DNA from: Candidatus Thorarchaeota archaeon
GTDB lineage: Archaea > Asgardarchaeota > Thorarchaeia > Thorarchaeales > Thorarchaeaceae
DNA length: 49,534 nt
Direction: 5' to 3'
Assembly (NCBI GenBank): GCA_048882045.1
Contig: JBHLRZ010000025.1
Span: 1 to 49,534 of the forward strand
Shown: positions 36,207-45,982 of the stretch, one piece after another
Layout of the letters: every line of letters begins with the position of its first letter
How positions within the stretch are numbered: the stretch's first letter is position 1
Translations under genes and position numbers: made by a program
The notes under the pieces: model-generated
What the model was told of the DNA's origin: nothing
Seen by the model: only the letters and a program-made list of their open reading frames with translations
The model's database searches: none

Positions 36207-38960
36207 ATGGCACTTACCCACCTCACCATTTTGACATTAATGTTTGAATTTGTACCGCCCCTCGTGGCCTCACTCATTTACTTCCTCTTCTTCGGAGAGA
36301 GAAAGAGTAAGTTCATCGAGGCATTCATCGCTCTGATGTACTTGAAGACGGTTACTTTCTTCATTTTCAATATTGCAATGGGCTCACTTGGAATACCCGG
36401 AGGATTCGACTCCAATGTGAATGCACCCATTCTGTCTTGGTTGCTCCTAACAGATATGCTCTTCCAATTTGTAACTTCGCTGCAAGAGTACATGATCTGG
36501 GTTATGGTGTCATTCTTTGCTGTGTTGTTTGGAATGGTTGTCCTGGCTGCAAAATTAGCTCTCCAAGACCCAATGAAGATGAGGTTCAGTAATCTCATTC
36601 GGGGGATTACACGCAAAGAACCGCAGAGTGATGGTTACACTGGATTCCGAGATAGAATTGCACACATCACATTCGAAGGCGTCGAACCCGAACCACTCAA
36701 TCCTGAAGTGCAAGGCCGAGCGTGGAGAGACGCATGGAGAGACTATCTCATAATTGGATTAGCGACACTTGTTCCATCTATGTCGATTTATGTTGGTAGT
36801 CTACCTTCATTCATAATCTATAAGACTAATCTCGCTGAATGGCTGACAAATTGGCAGCCAAATACATACATCCTCAACATCCTAATCTTCATGACCTGGA
36901 TCTATCGTTTCGGATATCCTGCATCAAACAGAATTGCCAAGGGTGCAGGTCTTAGACTTGGTGATCGAGATATCGGCGGAGAGATGATGCGTGGAGTATT
37001 AGGTTGGTTCTTTAGACTCAACATTCTACTTACTCTAGGTTTCTTAGGTCTTCAGACCATTCAGGCATTGAATTCAGGTATTGCTGATATCTGGCCTATC
37101 ATGATTGAATACTACTTGCTGGGAATCGGATATGCAGTACCTCCAATCATCTTCGCTATCCTGATTCTTCCCTTAGTGGAAGACTTCGCAGTCGTTCTGT
37201 ATAAGAGACTCTTTGATTCTCTGACTCAAGCAGGTTCAAAACTATCAGGTATCTATAAGGGTGGAGCACTCAAAAATATTGGAGCTGGTATCGGTACTGG
37301 ACTAGTAGTTACGGGCGCATTTATTGCGTCTGTATTCGCTGTGACCATGAACTACGCCATTGAACACCTTCAATTTCTGTTCTTCCCCGGTGAAGTTGAT
37401 GATGAATATATTGCAGGTGCATTAGGAAGTCCGTTTAATAATGCAGATGTTCTTGGAGAAACAATTTGGTTGCTCATGATCTTAGCGATTCCTTTTGCTA
37501 TGATAATTGTGCTCGGGGTGATTGGGCATTACGTACGTGATCGTTTGAACAGTGGTGTTGAAACATTCGCTTTGTTCTCTGGTGTTACTCTTTCTGTATC
37601 AACCTACTTCTTGCTTCCAAACTTGGATTACATTGTGAGTGCTGCTCTGACTCCTGCATCGTTTGCGGGTGATGTTTTCACTAGATTGCGTCCGACTTTG
37701 ACATTGCCAACTGGAGAAATTTGGTATAGATATGCTGCACAGTTCATAATTAACCTCCCAGTGTTCGTTTTTGCAACTCTCTTCATTATGTACTTCTTCA
37801 TGTTTAGAGAGAGTTGGAGAGAAACGATTGGCGAAACCAGAGGGCCACTTCTCAATGTGAGTCTAAGGGACATTACTCAATCTGCAATCATGTTCTTTGG
37901 GGGTCTAATTGTATCTATCTTTGGAATCTATATCGCATCTACTATTTTTGCAAATCCGGGATATTTCAATGAACTCTTGATAGGCCTCCTTCAAAAGATT
38001 GCGAATCCTGATGGACTTGAGGGTGTGCTACCTCCTCCGGTTGACTTCCTTGCACCAAGGTGGTTCGATCCCAATGCTAATCCACTTGGATGGTTTGTGG
38101 TCTTTGCTGAGCACAACATGATCAGAATTCTACTGATGCTGGTGATGGGTCCGATTTTCTGGTCCGCTGTTCTTTGGTATGTAGGAGCTAAGAAGTCTGG
38201 CACTGAGAAGATTGTGGGAACATGGTCAATAGCAGCGGTTGCTATAGGTGGTGTACTCACCTATATGTGGACTCAGTATGATCTCTTACAAGGAGTGTTC
38301 AATCCATACGATCCAAGATGGGGATTCGCAGCTCAGCTTGGTCTTAGGGCAGTGTTTGTCTTTGGTGGATTGTTCCTGATCTTTGGACTTGTAGCAGCAG
38401 TGAGAGGATGGGCTGGACGGGGGATTGGAGTCTGGTGGTTCCCACTCTTCATCACCCTATTTGCAGCAGAGTACTTCATCTATGATGATCAATTTACTGT
38501 GATAGCCCTCATCATCTTGCCGATGTTTCTTGCTGGAGGCTACAAGTTCACATCCAAGGGTCGAAATGAGGAGTTCCTGATTTCATACATCAAATTTGGC
38601 TTGATGTCGATAGCAATAGCTGAGGTTCTCTCGACTGCATTGACACTTGGAGGATTGGCCATCATTGAGTATTCTTTTGGAATTGGCCTCTTGGAATTCT
38701 TGTCCAGAATTGTGCCTCATGCAATTGTGGAAATTCCCACATTCTTGGTAGCTGCAGCCGCATCGATTAGAATTGCTAGAGACCTTTGGCCTACAATCGA
38801 GAGTGAAGACTGGGATTCACTACCTGCAGAAACTCGTTCCCTGCTTGGTGACGAACGCACCTGGAGGACCTACTTGCTTATAGTTTTCTTCCTAGCAATT
38901 GCAGCCCTCATCGAAGCATTCGTCACGCCCATAATCTTCCATTATGTACTCGGAATCTAG
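36207..38960 (+). CDS. Very large polytopic membrane protein with C-terminal SpoIIM (DUF95) domain
   Basis: About 20 hydrophobic segments; IVPHAIVEIP and FLAIAALIEAFVTP SpoIIM motifs; ATG 36207 after GGAGTGA. Confidence 0.8.
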   Translation: MALTHLTILTLMFEFVPPLVASLIYFLFFGERKSKFIEAFIALMYLKTVTFFIFNIAMGSLGIPGGFDSNVNAPILSWLLLTDMLFQFVTSLQEYMIWVMVSFFAVLFGMVVLAAKLALQDPMKMRFSNLIRGITRKEPQSDGYTGFRDRIAHITFEGVEPEPLNPEVQGRAWRDAWRDYLIIGLATLVPSMSIYVGSLPSFIIYKTNLAEWLTNWQPNTYILNILIFMTWIYRFGYPASNRIAKGAGLRLGDRDIGGEMMRGVLGWFFRLNILLTLGFLGLQTIQALNSGIADIWPIMIEYYLLGIGYAVPPIIFAILILPLVEDFAVVLYKRLFDSLTQAGSKLSGIYKGGALKNIGAGIGTGLVVTGAFIASVFAVTMNYAIEHLQFLFFPGEVDDEYIAGALGSPFNNADVLGETIWLLMILAIPFAMIIVLGVIGHYVRDRLNSGVETFALFSGVTLSVSTYFLLPNLDYIVSAALTPASFAGDVFTRLRPTLTLPTGEIWYRYAAQFIINLPVFVFATLFIMYFFMFRESWRETIGETRGPLLNVSLRDITQSAIMFFGGLIVSIFGIYIASTIFANPGYFNELLIGLLQKIANPDGLEGVLPPPVDFLAPRWFDPNANPLGWFVVFAEHNMIRILLMLVMGPIFWSAVLWYVGAKKSGTEKIVGTWSIAAVAIGGVLTYMWTQYDLLQGVFNPYDPRWGFAAQLGLRAVFVFGGLFLIFGLVAAVRGWAGRGIGVWWFPLFITLFAAEYFIYDDQFTVIALIILPMFLAGGYKFTSKGRNEEFLISYIKFGLMSIAIAEVLSTALTLGGLAIIEYSFGIGLLEFLSRIVPHAIVEIPTFLVAAAASIRIARDLWPTIESEDWDSLPAETRSLLGDERTWRTYLLIVFFLAIAALIEAFVTPIIFHYVLGI

Positions 38961-38967
38961 AATTGAC

Positions 38968-39007
38968 ATGGAGCGGTTTCAAATCGCTCCATCTCTCTTT
39001 CTTTTTT
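38968..39007 (+). terminator. Hairpin plus U tract
   Basis: atggagcggtt/aatcgctccat, then ctctctttctttttt. Confidence 0.7.
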
Positions 39008-39030
39008 AATACTCGATTCACTCGACGTAG

Positions 39031-39190
39031 GCTTATATTCTAACTAAGCGAAAAGGTAGCAAAGCGCCGCTGCTAGTACCAAGAAGGTTTGTTGTCCGGA
39101 AACAAGTTTTCTTGGTCTACTTGAGATTGTACGTTTCAGTGCTCAAATGATGTAGCTGCGGTCGCCAATCAAGATTTACTTGAGGTGTAG
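39031..39190 (+). promoter_or_regulatory. Promoter (gcTTATATtc) and structured 5' leader of the giant surface-protein gene
   Basis: TATA at 39033-39038; stems 39064-75/39153-65, 39078-93/39101-16, 39121-29/39137-46, 39169-73/39179-83; RBS GAGGTG 39182-39187. Confidence 0.6.
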
Positions 39191-42100
39191 ACGACGAAGC
39201 TCATTACAAAGGGATTCTCTCTTGTTGTTGTAGCCCTCTTTTCACTATCACTCTTTATGACTCCTCCAGCTATAGACACAACTAATGAGGAGTCAATCAC
39301 AAATTCTATCTCTTATCAAAGGTATAATCCTCGCACCGTCGCAGATTATCCTGAAAATTACACAAGAGTCGATTGGGATCTAGGGACAGTAAATGAAGAA
39401 AACACACATAGTTGGAATTCGAGCCATTATCAATTCGGACCAACGGTAAATTGGCATACAAGAAATACGACTGATTCCAGTCTGATCACTTGGAATGATG
39501 AGATTGCTATAGATGAATATGTTGACTTTAGAGTAGAGATTCCATATAGCTCTCTGGGTGGTCAGACACCGTTCGGAGTATATCTCATGGGACAATACTT
39601 CAACATGTCTGCACTAGCCAACAGTGAAGGTGAGTTCCGTATGTCTGGTAACTCTCCGATTATGTTCATGGTCTACTATAATATCTCTGGAGGTAATTGG
39701 TTGACCTTCAGTAGTACTAACACTACCTGGCCTGAAAGTCCCCCTACTGAAATTCCTCCTGATTTCTCATTGAGTGATGTATTTGGGGCAGAAATAACAC
39801 CCTTCATGGAGATGAACATGGGGGCATCAGGTTATATTGCAGGAGCAGAGTCATACTGGGCCAATGTTCGACTAAGATTCAATTCTTCCACAATCGGCGG
39901 ATTTTACACAATTTCTTGTGGCGTTCAAGATGAAAGATTCAATTCACTTGCTGAAAGTCGATTTGAGGAGTTCAATAGTGGACGAATTATCGGGACTACA
40001 TTCGATTTCCTTGTTGATCAAGCAGTCGGAGGCTACTATGAATGGGCGAGAGTGTCTGATGATGGTTTTCCATTGTATTCAGCCACTCGAGGCATTGACT
40101 TCAATATGACTGCAACTATCACTAATGGAACTGTACTGAGTACTGCAACAGTGCTCTTTGATATACCAGATCAGGTTCGCACGCTGAATTGGGTATATGG
40201 CTTTTACACAGTTACTGAAGGAGTAACAGGAGTCTGGGAATTTGATGATGTTACTGAAACCTATGTATGGAATGCTACAAAGACAGTGAACTGGACATCT
40301 CAAAAGGAAGGTTTCCACTATGAGGAAGGATACACCTATCTTCACACTGAAAAGGAGTACAATTTCTGGAACGGAGGAAGCATAGAAACTAGATGGACCA
40401 GTGGTATGACTGCGATTGTCTATGACTTCGCTGCAGACACATTTACCACAATGCTCGCCTATGTCTATGAGAACATGACCTGGGTAGATGATGAATATGG
40501 TGGCTATTGGCAAAGAATTCAATGGCTTGAGTATGAACCCTGGCCAATGGACGGCAGCATCCCCCTACCATACATCGTGGATCAGATCACAAGTGAATCT
40601 TATTGGTACAATGGGAATCTCGTCGTTACCTTCAGAGGTCACATCGGTAATGATGTTCTTCCGACCACATCTGATGATGGTAATTGGCCACTCAAAGTTT
40701 GGGAGGTAATTACAGACATTCATGGTCGTAGCCTTGCTCCCAAAGCTCGTCTGCCATTATCCTCCCCTGAAGCTGCAGCGCAATATGATATGTTGAATTC
40801 TTTGGCTGTCGAGTCACCTGTTTCCATTGTAACACTGACTCATGGTGGTGAGCCATACCAGCCAGATTGGATGTTCTATACTGATATTGGAGTTCCCTTC
40901 ACTGTCAAGTCTTGGCTTCAAGGCGGCGCTGAATACATTGAGGAGATTGACGGTGTTGGTTTCTTTATGAAGGCCTATGAGGATGACTGGGGTTTTGACG
41001 GGACTTCTGACTGGCATCAATGGTCTGAAATTGAAATCCAAATACGTATAGATCCCTACGGTTTAGTCAATGTTGCTGTCTACAATAGAACTGTCCGAAA
41101 TCAGTGGATTACAGGATCACACTGGGACTGGGTCATGGTTGAAGTCATGCCAGGTAGATGGGAACCTCAATGGACACTAATAGATGACTGGCACTGGGAA
41201 GAGTTGACCTGGGATTTCATTGCAAATGACTGGACTCAAGAATGGCTGTCATTCGAATCACCAAATCTCCGAATGCCAGTTCATTGGCTTGATGTTGCTG
41301 GTCTTATGATTGACCTAATAGGCAACGATCTCAGAATTATCTTTGACATCTTGCCAACTCCTGAGCTCCCACAGCTGGAATGGAGATGGCAATACTTCTA
41401 TGGTGACCTCACTTGGGTTGTGGATTACGAATCAGGATGGGGTGAACACACTGTACTAGGTTGGAATGAAGACACAGTATACAGCTACCTGAATAGCACT
41501 TCGAAGTTATACATGGACGAACCAGTCAAAGCTGAAATCTTCAGGAACAACCAGACAGGAGAGTTCTATCAGCGTGAGAAAATCCCCTTTGTCGAGATAA
41601 ATGGTCAAGAGATTGACCTCAAACCGTATTACTTCACTGATTTGGAGTCAACTTGGGAAGAGGTAGTCTATTCAGAATTCAACTACGATACAGGTGAGGA
41701 GGAATACTTCATCCGATTTGCTAACGGTACTGAGATCCAGGTTTATACTGGAACGACCGCGGTCGTCTACAACATCACTTTACCAATGCAAGGAGATGCA
41801 TCCTTCCTTGCATGGGGCCAACAAACACTCTATACAGGTATTGCAGATATTCATTCAATGATGGCTGTAAACGGGACTTGGATTGCTGGAGACTGGGCAA
41901 CATTCTGGGACATGTATACAGCGACTGTCTACGCTGTAGTTCCAGCAACATTAGTGGATTATACCTACGTGACCTTTGCGAATGGTACAATTCCAATTTA
42001 TATGAGGGGTTGGCCTGAGTACATTGGTCCTGATCATTATAGGATGTACCTGAATGGAACCTTCGAGCCTGTTGATTTCTTCTGGAATCCAACATGGGGG

Positions 42101-45100
42101 TACCACTACTGGAATATGACAGATGGGCATCTATACAGAATTGAATGGCCATGGGAGTTGATGACTGGAACTTATCAGCTGAAGGAATTCTTCATCCCTC
42201 ACTTCCTGACCAGGACTCATGTCTATACACTGATTCAAGGCGTAAAGTACCCGCTCCCTGCACCAGGAATTCCTATGTGGAGTGTCTATGATTTAAACAA
42301 TCTCGAGAACATCTGGGACCATGTGAATCAGCGATACTTTGCAAAGGAATATGCATACGTCGATGGAACTCCATATGAAGCAATCCTACTGCCTATGCAA
42401 GAGTGGGAGCCAATCAATGGCTATGGGTATGATGTCTATCAGATTGATACAGGCGTCGTATACAACCTGACTGATTGGAGTATGGACCCAATATTCAAGC
42501 TGAATTACGACTATGGTGACTATATGATGAACCTTCCATGGACCACTACTGCAAATGGTACTATCTGGGTTCCAAATGTCGTACAAGAGGACTGGACAAT
42601 TGCCATCGGTCATCGTGACACGATGACGTACGAATTTGTTGCAGACGGTTGGCTTGATCTCCAGACCGGGTACTACGATGGAGACTACCTATCGGGGATG
42701 TCTATGATTACTGACCATAATGCGACTGGTGGTTATGACTATGTCATGACGATGAGTGGTGACAAGTTCTTCTATAATGAAACTTGGAGAGCTACGTTCC
42801 TCAACATCACACTGGCCAATGGCACATTCTTCTACTCAAGAATGGACCACCCAATAGCAGAACCAACTGACATCTCTAAACCAGACATTGACCGTTATTT
42901 CATGATTGACATTTACGGCAACTATCAGGGATGGCAGGGATGGATGGAATTCTCAGCAGAGCTAGTCTTCGTTGAGAATGTTACTGGCGATCCATGGAGT
43001 GGAAGCTTCTGGTTCGATGGTGCAAGTGTTCCAATTATCCAGTATCCTGTCGACTACTGGGAGTGGGATGGAATACAGTGGAATAATAGGACCAATACAG
43101 AGGACAACATTGTCCCATACTTCTACAACTTCCTACAATCTGCCATTAATGGGTCTAGATACGAGATAGTCAATTTATGGAATACTCCTGAAAGTTACAA
43201 GTTCAACTTCCCGTCGTGGGGTTTCAATGTGAGTGGAACCGAGTATCATGCCTTTGGAGCGAAGGAAGTGCTCTATCAAGCCTTCAAAACTCAGGGCTAC
43301 AGTATGAAGCGAGATTATGCACCACTTCCTATTACTGTTATCAGATCTCAGGAGGTCATCGTATACGGTGTTCCATCACGAGGCATGTGGGACCATGAAG
43401 TCTGGACTGTTGATCCACTATCTGGTGCACTCGACCTGGACGGTGATCTTGGAACTACAACGGATCAGTACTATGTGAAGGAAATCCACACTAGTACAGA
43501 CTACTTCAATATAACTCAGGAGTATCTTGATGTATCCATCCTATGGGAACCCAATAATCGAAATGTGTCTGATGAGTTCTCTCTTCACTCCTTCACAGGA
43601 ATGGTCACATTCAATTGGACCTATGATTGGAGCCAGACGAACATTTGGACTCATGCTGACACAGGAGCTACACTGACTGCAGGAGAGTACCTAACAGTCT
43701 ATAACGTGTTGTTCGATTCCTATGGCAATCCAAAGCCTGGCTATTGGGGCATTTCGTGGATGTTTGAAAACCGAACATACACTGACATGATTAATCAAGC
43801 CAAGGATGAAGGTTGGGACTGGGTAGAGGACAACTCACAGGAATGGAGCTGGCTTTGGTGGGAGCTTGATGAACAGTACAGTACTGAGGTGAGTAATGGA
43901 ACTCATTCGGACCTAATGGACATCAACCTTGCATACCAATATGCAGGTATGTTTGCGTGGAACGATACGAACTCGGACAATTTCATGGACATATCGTCAG
44001 AGAATCTAGGCGATGCAGAACTGACCCATTACTGGATGCCCGTCGATGTCGAATCTGTCAGTTTCACCACACCTGGTGAAGCATGGGGCAACTACAACAC
44101 AACTGATTCTGAGTATCGGCCAGTTGGAGAAACAATAGACTTCGGTGTTTCATTCGCGAATGTCACAGGAGAGGTCTATCCATTTGGTGAGAGAACATAT
44201 TTCGATTGGTATGAAGATGCATACTATGGTTCAGACTTTTCTGACTTCGAAGAACGACCTACTGAATGTCTGACTGAGGAGTTCGCAATCGATGTACACT
44301 TCACTGGTGAAGTCAATGAAACTGGTGGTAGCAACTCAGCTGCTGTCAAATTCGACATCACAGTTGGGGATTGGGACTTGTATACTCCTGGCGGATCCGA
44401 TGAACTCGAAGGTCGAAGCCTTGCAGTTGCATTCTACAGTGACATCACAATACTCACTAGTGGCGGCATGACTGCTAATGCAACCTACATTGATGATCTG
44501 GGTCAGACTGTTACTAATGATCAAGCTGCCGCATCATACAACTTCACTATGGCAAGTGGTCTGAGTAATGTTGCACTAATGAGTTTGGGTGGTGCATCAT
44601 ATGATTGGTCAAAGAACACTTCGATGCCTACAACAGTGGATGCTCAGACTATTCCTTTGGATGCATTTAGTGCTATCTATGTTTCTGGTGGTGGTCAATC
44701 TGCCACAACATTCTCTGTTGCATCAACACAGTTCTATACTGTGATTGGATTCCCACAGTGGGACGGATGGGCTGTTTCTGTAGATCCTATCTTCGTTGGA
44801 TACATTTCGTCTGGTACTGCTGACAATGAGCCGCCAATCTTTGGAATTGTTTCTCATGCTCCACTCATTCCAGGTCCCTTTGATGATGTCACTGTATCAA
44901 CCCAGATCTTTGACATATCAGGAATAAGCAGTGCAGTGCTACAGTATAGGGTCGATGATAGTCCATGGAACAATATCCCCATGACGAGCGTAGGTGATAC
45001 CTACAGTGGAACCATCCCTCCGCAGGTTGATGGAGCAATGGTGACTTACAGAGTGGTCGCACAGGATGGACTAGGAAACGAAGCAATATCAGTCGAGAAT

Positions 45101-45265
45101 TTCTACATTGTAGGCGAGGATGTGACTACACCTACAACCACAACAACTGGTGGTCCGACACCACCTGGACCGGGCCCCATCTCTGAGGAGATGTTAATGA
45201 TCTATGGGTCATTTGGTGCACTTGTGCTGATTGTTGTGATTCTTGCTGTCAAGCGACGTAAGTAG
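39191..45265 (+). CDS. Giant (~2020 aa) Trp/Tyr-rich cell-surface glycoprotein (S-layer/adhesin-like) with C-terminal Ig-like domain, Thr/Pro linker, TM anchor and KRRK tail
   Basis: ORF 39257..45265 extends in frame to 39191, adding TTKLITKGFSLVVVALFSLSLF (signal peptide); many NxS/T sequons; DLDGD and DTNSDN Ca-loop-like motifs. Confidence 0.85.
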   Translation, partial: TTKLITKGFSLVVVALFSLSLFMTPPAIDTTNEESITNSISYQRYNPRTVADYPENYTRVDWDLGTVNEENTHSWNSSHYQFGPTVNWHTRNTTDSSLITWNDEIAIDEYVDFRVEIPYSSLGGQTPFGVYLMGQYFNMSALANSEGEFRMSGNSPIMFMVYYNISGGNWLTFSSTNTTWPESPPTEIPPDFSLSDVFGAEITPFMEMNMGASGYIAGAESYWANVRLRFNSSTIGGFYTISCGVQDERFNSLAESRFEEFNSGRIIGTTFDFLVDQAVGGYYEWARVSDDGFPLYSATRGIDFNMTATITNGTVLSTATVLFDIPDQVRTLNWVYGFYTVTEGVTGVWEFDDVTETYVWNATKTVNWTSQKEGFHYEEGYTYLHTEKEYNFWNGGSIETRWTSGMTAIVYDFAADTFTTMLAYVYENMTWVDDEYGGYWQRIQWLEYEPWPMDGSIPLPYIVDQITSESYWYNGNLVVTFRGHIGNDVLPTTSDDGNWPLKVWEVITDIHGRSLAPKARLPLSSPEAAAQYDMLNSLAVESPVSIVTLTHGGEPYQPDWMFYTDIGVPFTVKSWLQGGAEYIEEIDGVGFFMKAYEDDWGFDGTSDWHQWSEIEIQIRIDPYGLVNVAVYNRTVRNQWITGSHWDWVMVEVMPGRWEPQWTLIDDWHWEELTWDFIANDWTQEWLSFESPNLRMPVHWLDVAGLMIDLIGNDLRIIFDILPTPELPQLEWRWQYFYGDLTWVVDYESGWGEHTVLGWNEDTVYSYLNSTSKLYMDEPVKAEIFRNNQTGEFYQREKIPFVEINGQEIDLKPYYFTDLESTWEEVVYSEFNYDTGEEEYFIRFANGTEIQVYTGTTAVVYNITLPMQGDASFLAWGQQTLYTGIADIHSMMAVNGTWIAGDWATFWDMYTATVYAVVPATLVDYTYVTFANGTIPIYMRGWPEYIGPDHYRMYLNGTFEPVDFFWNPTWGYHYWNMTDGHLYRIEWPWELMTGTYQLKEFFIPHFLTRTHVYTLIQGVKYPLPAPGIPMWSVYDLNNLENIWDHVNQRYFAKEYAYVDGTPYEAILLPMQEWEPINGYGYDVYQIDTGVVYNLTDWSMDPIFKLNYDYGDYMMNLPWTTTANGTIWVPNVVQEDWTIAIGHRDTMTYEFVADGWLDLQTGYYDGDYLSGMSMITDHNATGGYDYVMTMSGDKFFYNETWRATFLNITLANGTFFYSRMDHPIAEPTDISKPDIDRYFMIDIYGNYQGWQGWMEFSAELVFVENVTGDPWSGSFWFDGASVPIIQYPVDYWEWDGIQWNNRTNTEDNIVPYFYNFLQSAINGSRYEIVNLWNTPESYKFNFPSWGFNVSGTEYHAFGAKEVLYQAFKTQGYSMKRDYAPLPITVIRSQEVIVYGVPSRGMWDHEVWTVDPLSGALDLDGDLGTTTDQYYVKEIHTSTDYFNITQEYLDVSILWEPNNRNVSDEFSLHSFTGMVTFNWTYDWSQTNIWTHADTGATLTAGEYLTVYNVLFDSYGNPKPGYWGISWMFENRTYTDMINQAKDEGWDWVEDNSQEWSWLWWELDEQYSTEVSNGTHSDLMDINLAYQYAGMFAWNDTNSDNFMDISSENLGDAELTHYWMPVDVESVSFTTPGEAWGNYNTTDSEYRPVGETIDFGVSFANVTGEVYPFGERTYFDWYEDAYYGSDFSDFEERPTECLTEEFAIDVHFTGEVNETGGSNSAAVKFDITVGDWDLYTPGGSDELEGRSLAVAFYSDITILTSGGMTANATYIDDLGQTVTNDQAAASYNFTMASGLSNVALMSLGGASYDWSKNTSMPTTVDAQTIPLDAFSAIYVSGGGQSATTFSVASTQFYTVIGFPQWDGWAVSVDPIFVGYISSGTADNEPPIFGIVSHAPLIPGPFDDVTVSTQIFDISGISSAVLQYRVDDSPWNNIPMTSVGDTYSGTIPPQVDGAMVTYRVVAQDGLGNEAISVENFYIVGEDVTTPTTTTTGGPTPPGPGPISEEMLMIYGSFGALVLIVVILAVKRRK

Positions 45266-45272
45266 AATAAGA

Positions 45273-45304
45273 AGCGGGCTTAGTGCCCGCTCTACTCTCT
45301 TTTT
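45273..45304 (+). terminator. Hairpin plus pyrimidine tract
   Basis: agcgggc-ttagt-gcccgct, then ctactctcttttt. Confidence 0.65.
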
Positions 45305-45320
45305 CCTATCTCAAGGAATC

Positions 45321-45719
45321 TCACACAAGTTGAGATCGCAGTTTCTCATGGAAGAACTTGACGCCTGCAAGATGAGCCTCGTATGTGCAGTTAAAGAGGT
45401 CATAAGAAATTCCAGTTACTGGAATTGCATTTCGAATCATCAGGCAGTCCTTCTTATCCAGTCCAAAATTGACTTCAACAAGTGTAGCATTTGCCTTGAG
45501 TACCTTCTCATAGATCCCCTTCTTACTCCTCGTTGGGATATCAGACAAATCCATCAGTCGAGTTGTGAGGGTAATCCAATTCTTCCCGGGAAACACTTCA
45601 ATGACTTTGGTTTCAGTAGGGCTATATGGATACAGACTGAAGGTCTTCCTACCATGTTCTTCAAAGTCGATCTCCAGTCTCTTGAGGTACTCTTTTGCTA
45701 TGAACCAAGTCGTACTCAT
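45321..45719 (-). CDS. YbjN/type III secretion chaperone-like domain protein
   Basis: IYEKVLKANATL..VNFGLD pattern typical of the YbjN/CesT fold; 132 aa. Confidence 0.7.
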   Translation of the reverse strand: MSTTWFIAKEYLKRLEIDFEEHGRKTFSLYPYSPTETKVIEVFPGKNWITLTTRLMDLSDIPTRSKKGIYEKVLKANATLVEVNFGLDKKDCLMIRNAIPVTGISYDLFNCTYEAHLAGVKFFHEKLRSQLV

Positions 45720-45982
45720 TTCTTTTCTGTCCTCTTAGGAAGCAGACCTCCCTCTACTTTCCAGTCGTTTCCGCAGTTTAACCTATGGCACTATGGAAAC
45801 AGACTGGTAAAAACTTTGCGAATGAATTTACTAGATTTGTTTCATCCTGTATGACCTGCTGGAAATAACGGGTTCTCGATTAACTCCTCATGCTGTTTCT
45901 GAACAATTTCATTGATTTCGTTGTATAGAAATTCGAAAAATACAACGTTCTGCGGTCGACTCATTCTTTTTCGATAGGAGCG

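Noticed and set aside
39185-39190. GTG-TAG read-through (pyrrolysine recoding) as the start of the giant protein
   Set aside because: TAG ends many conserved proteins at their expected length here (mat, trpS, USP, coaD, antiporter), no pyl genes are in the window, and the GTG is part of the RBS.
45243-45854. 203-aa plus-strand ORF
   Set aside because: Antisense to the YbjN-like gene, crosses a terminator and has no recognisable motif; the other short overlapping ORFs in the track were rejected as shadow ORFs on similar grounds.
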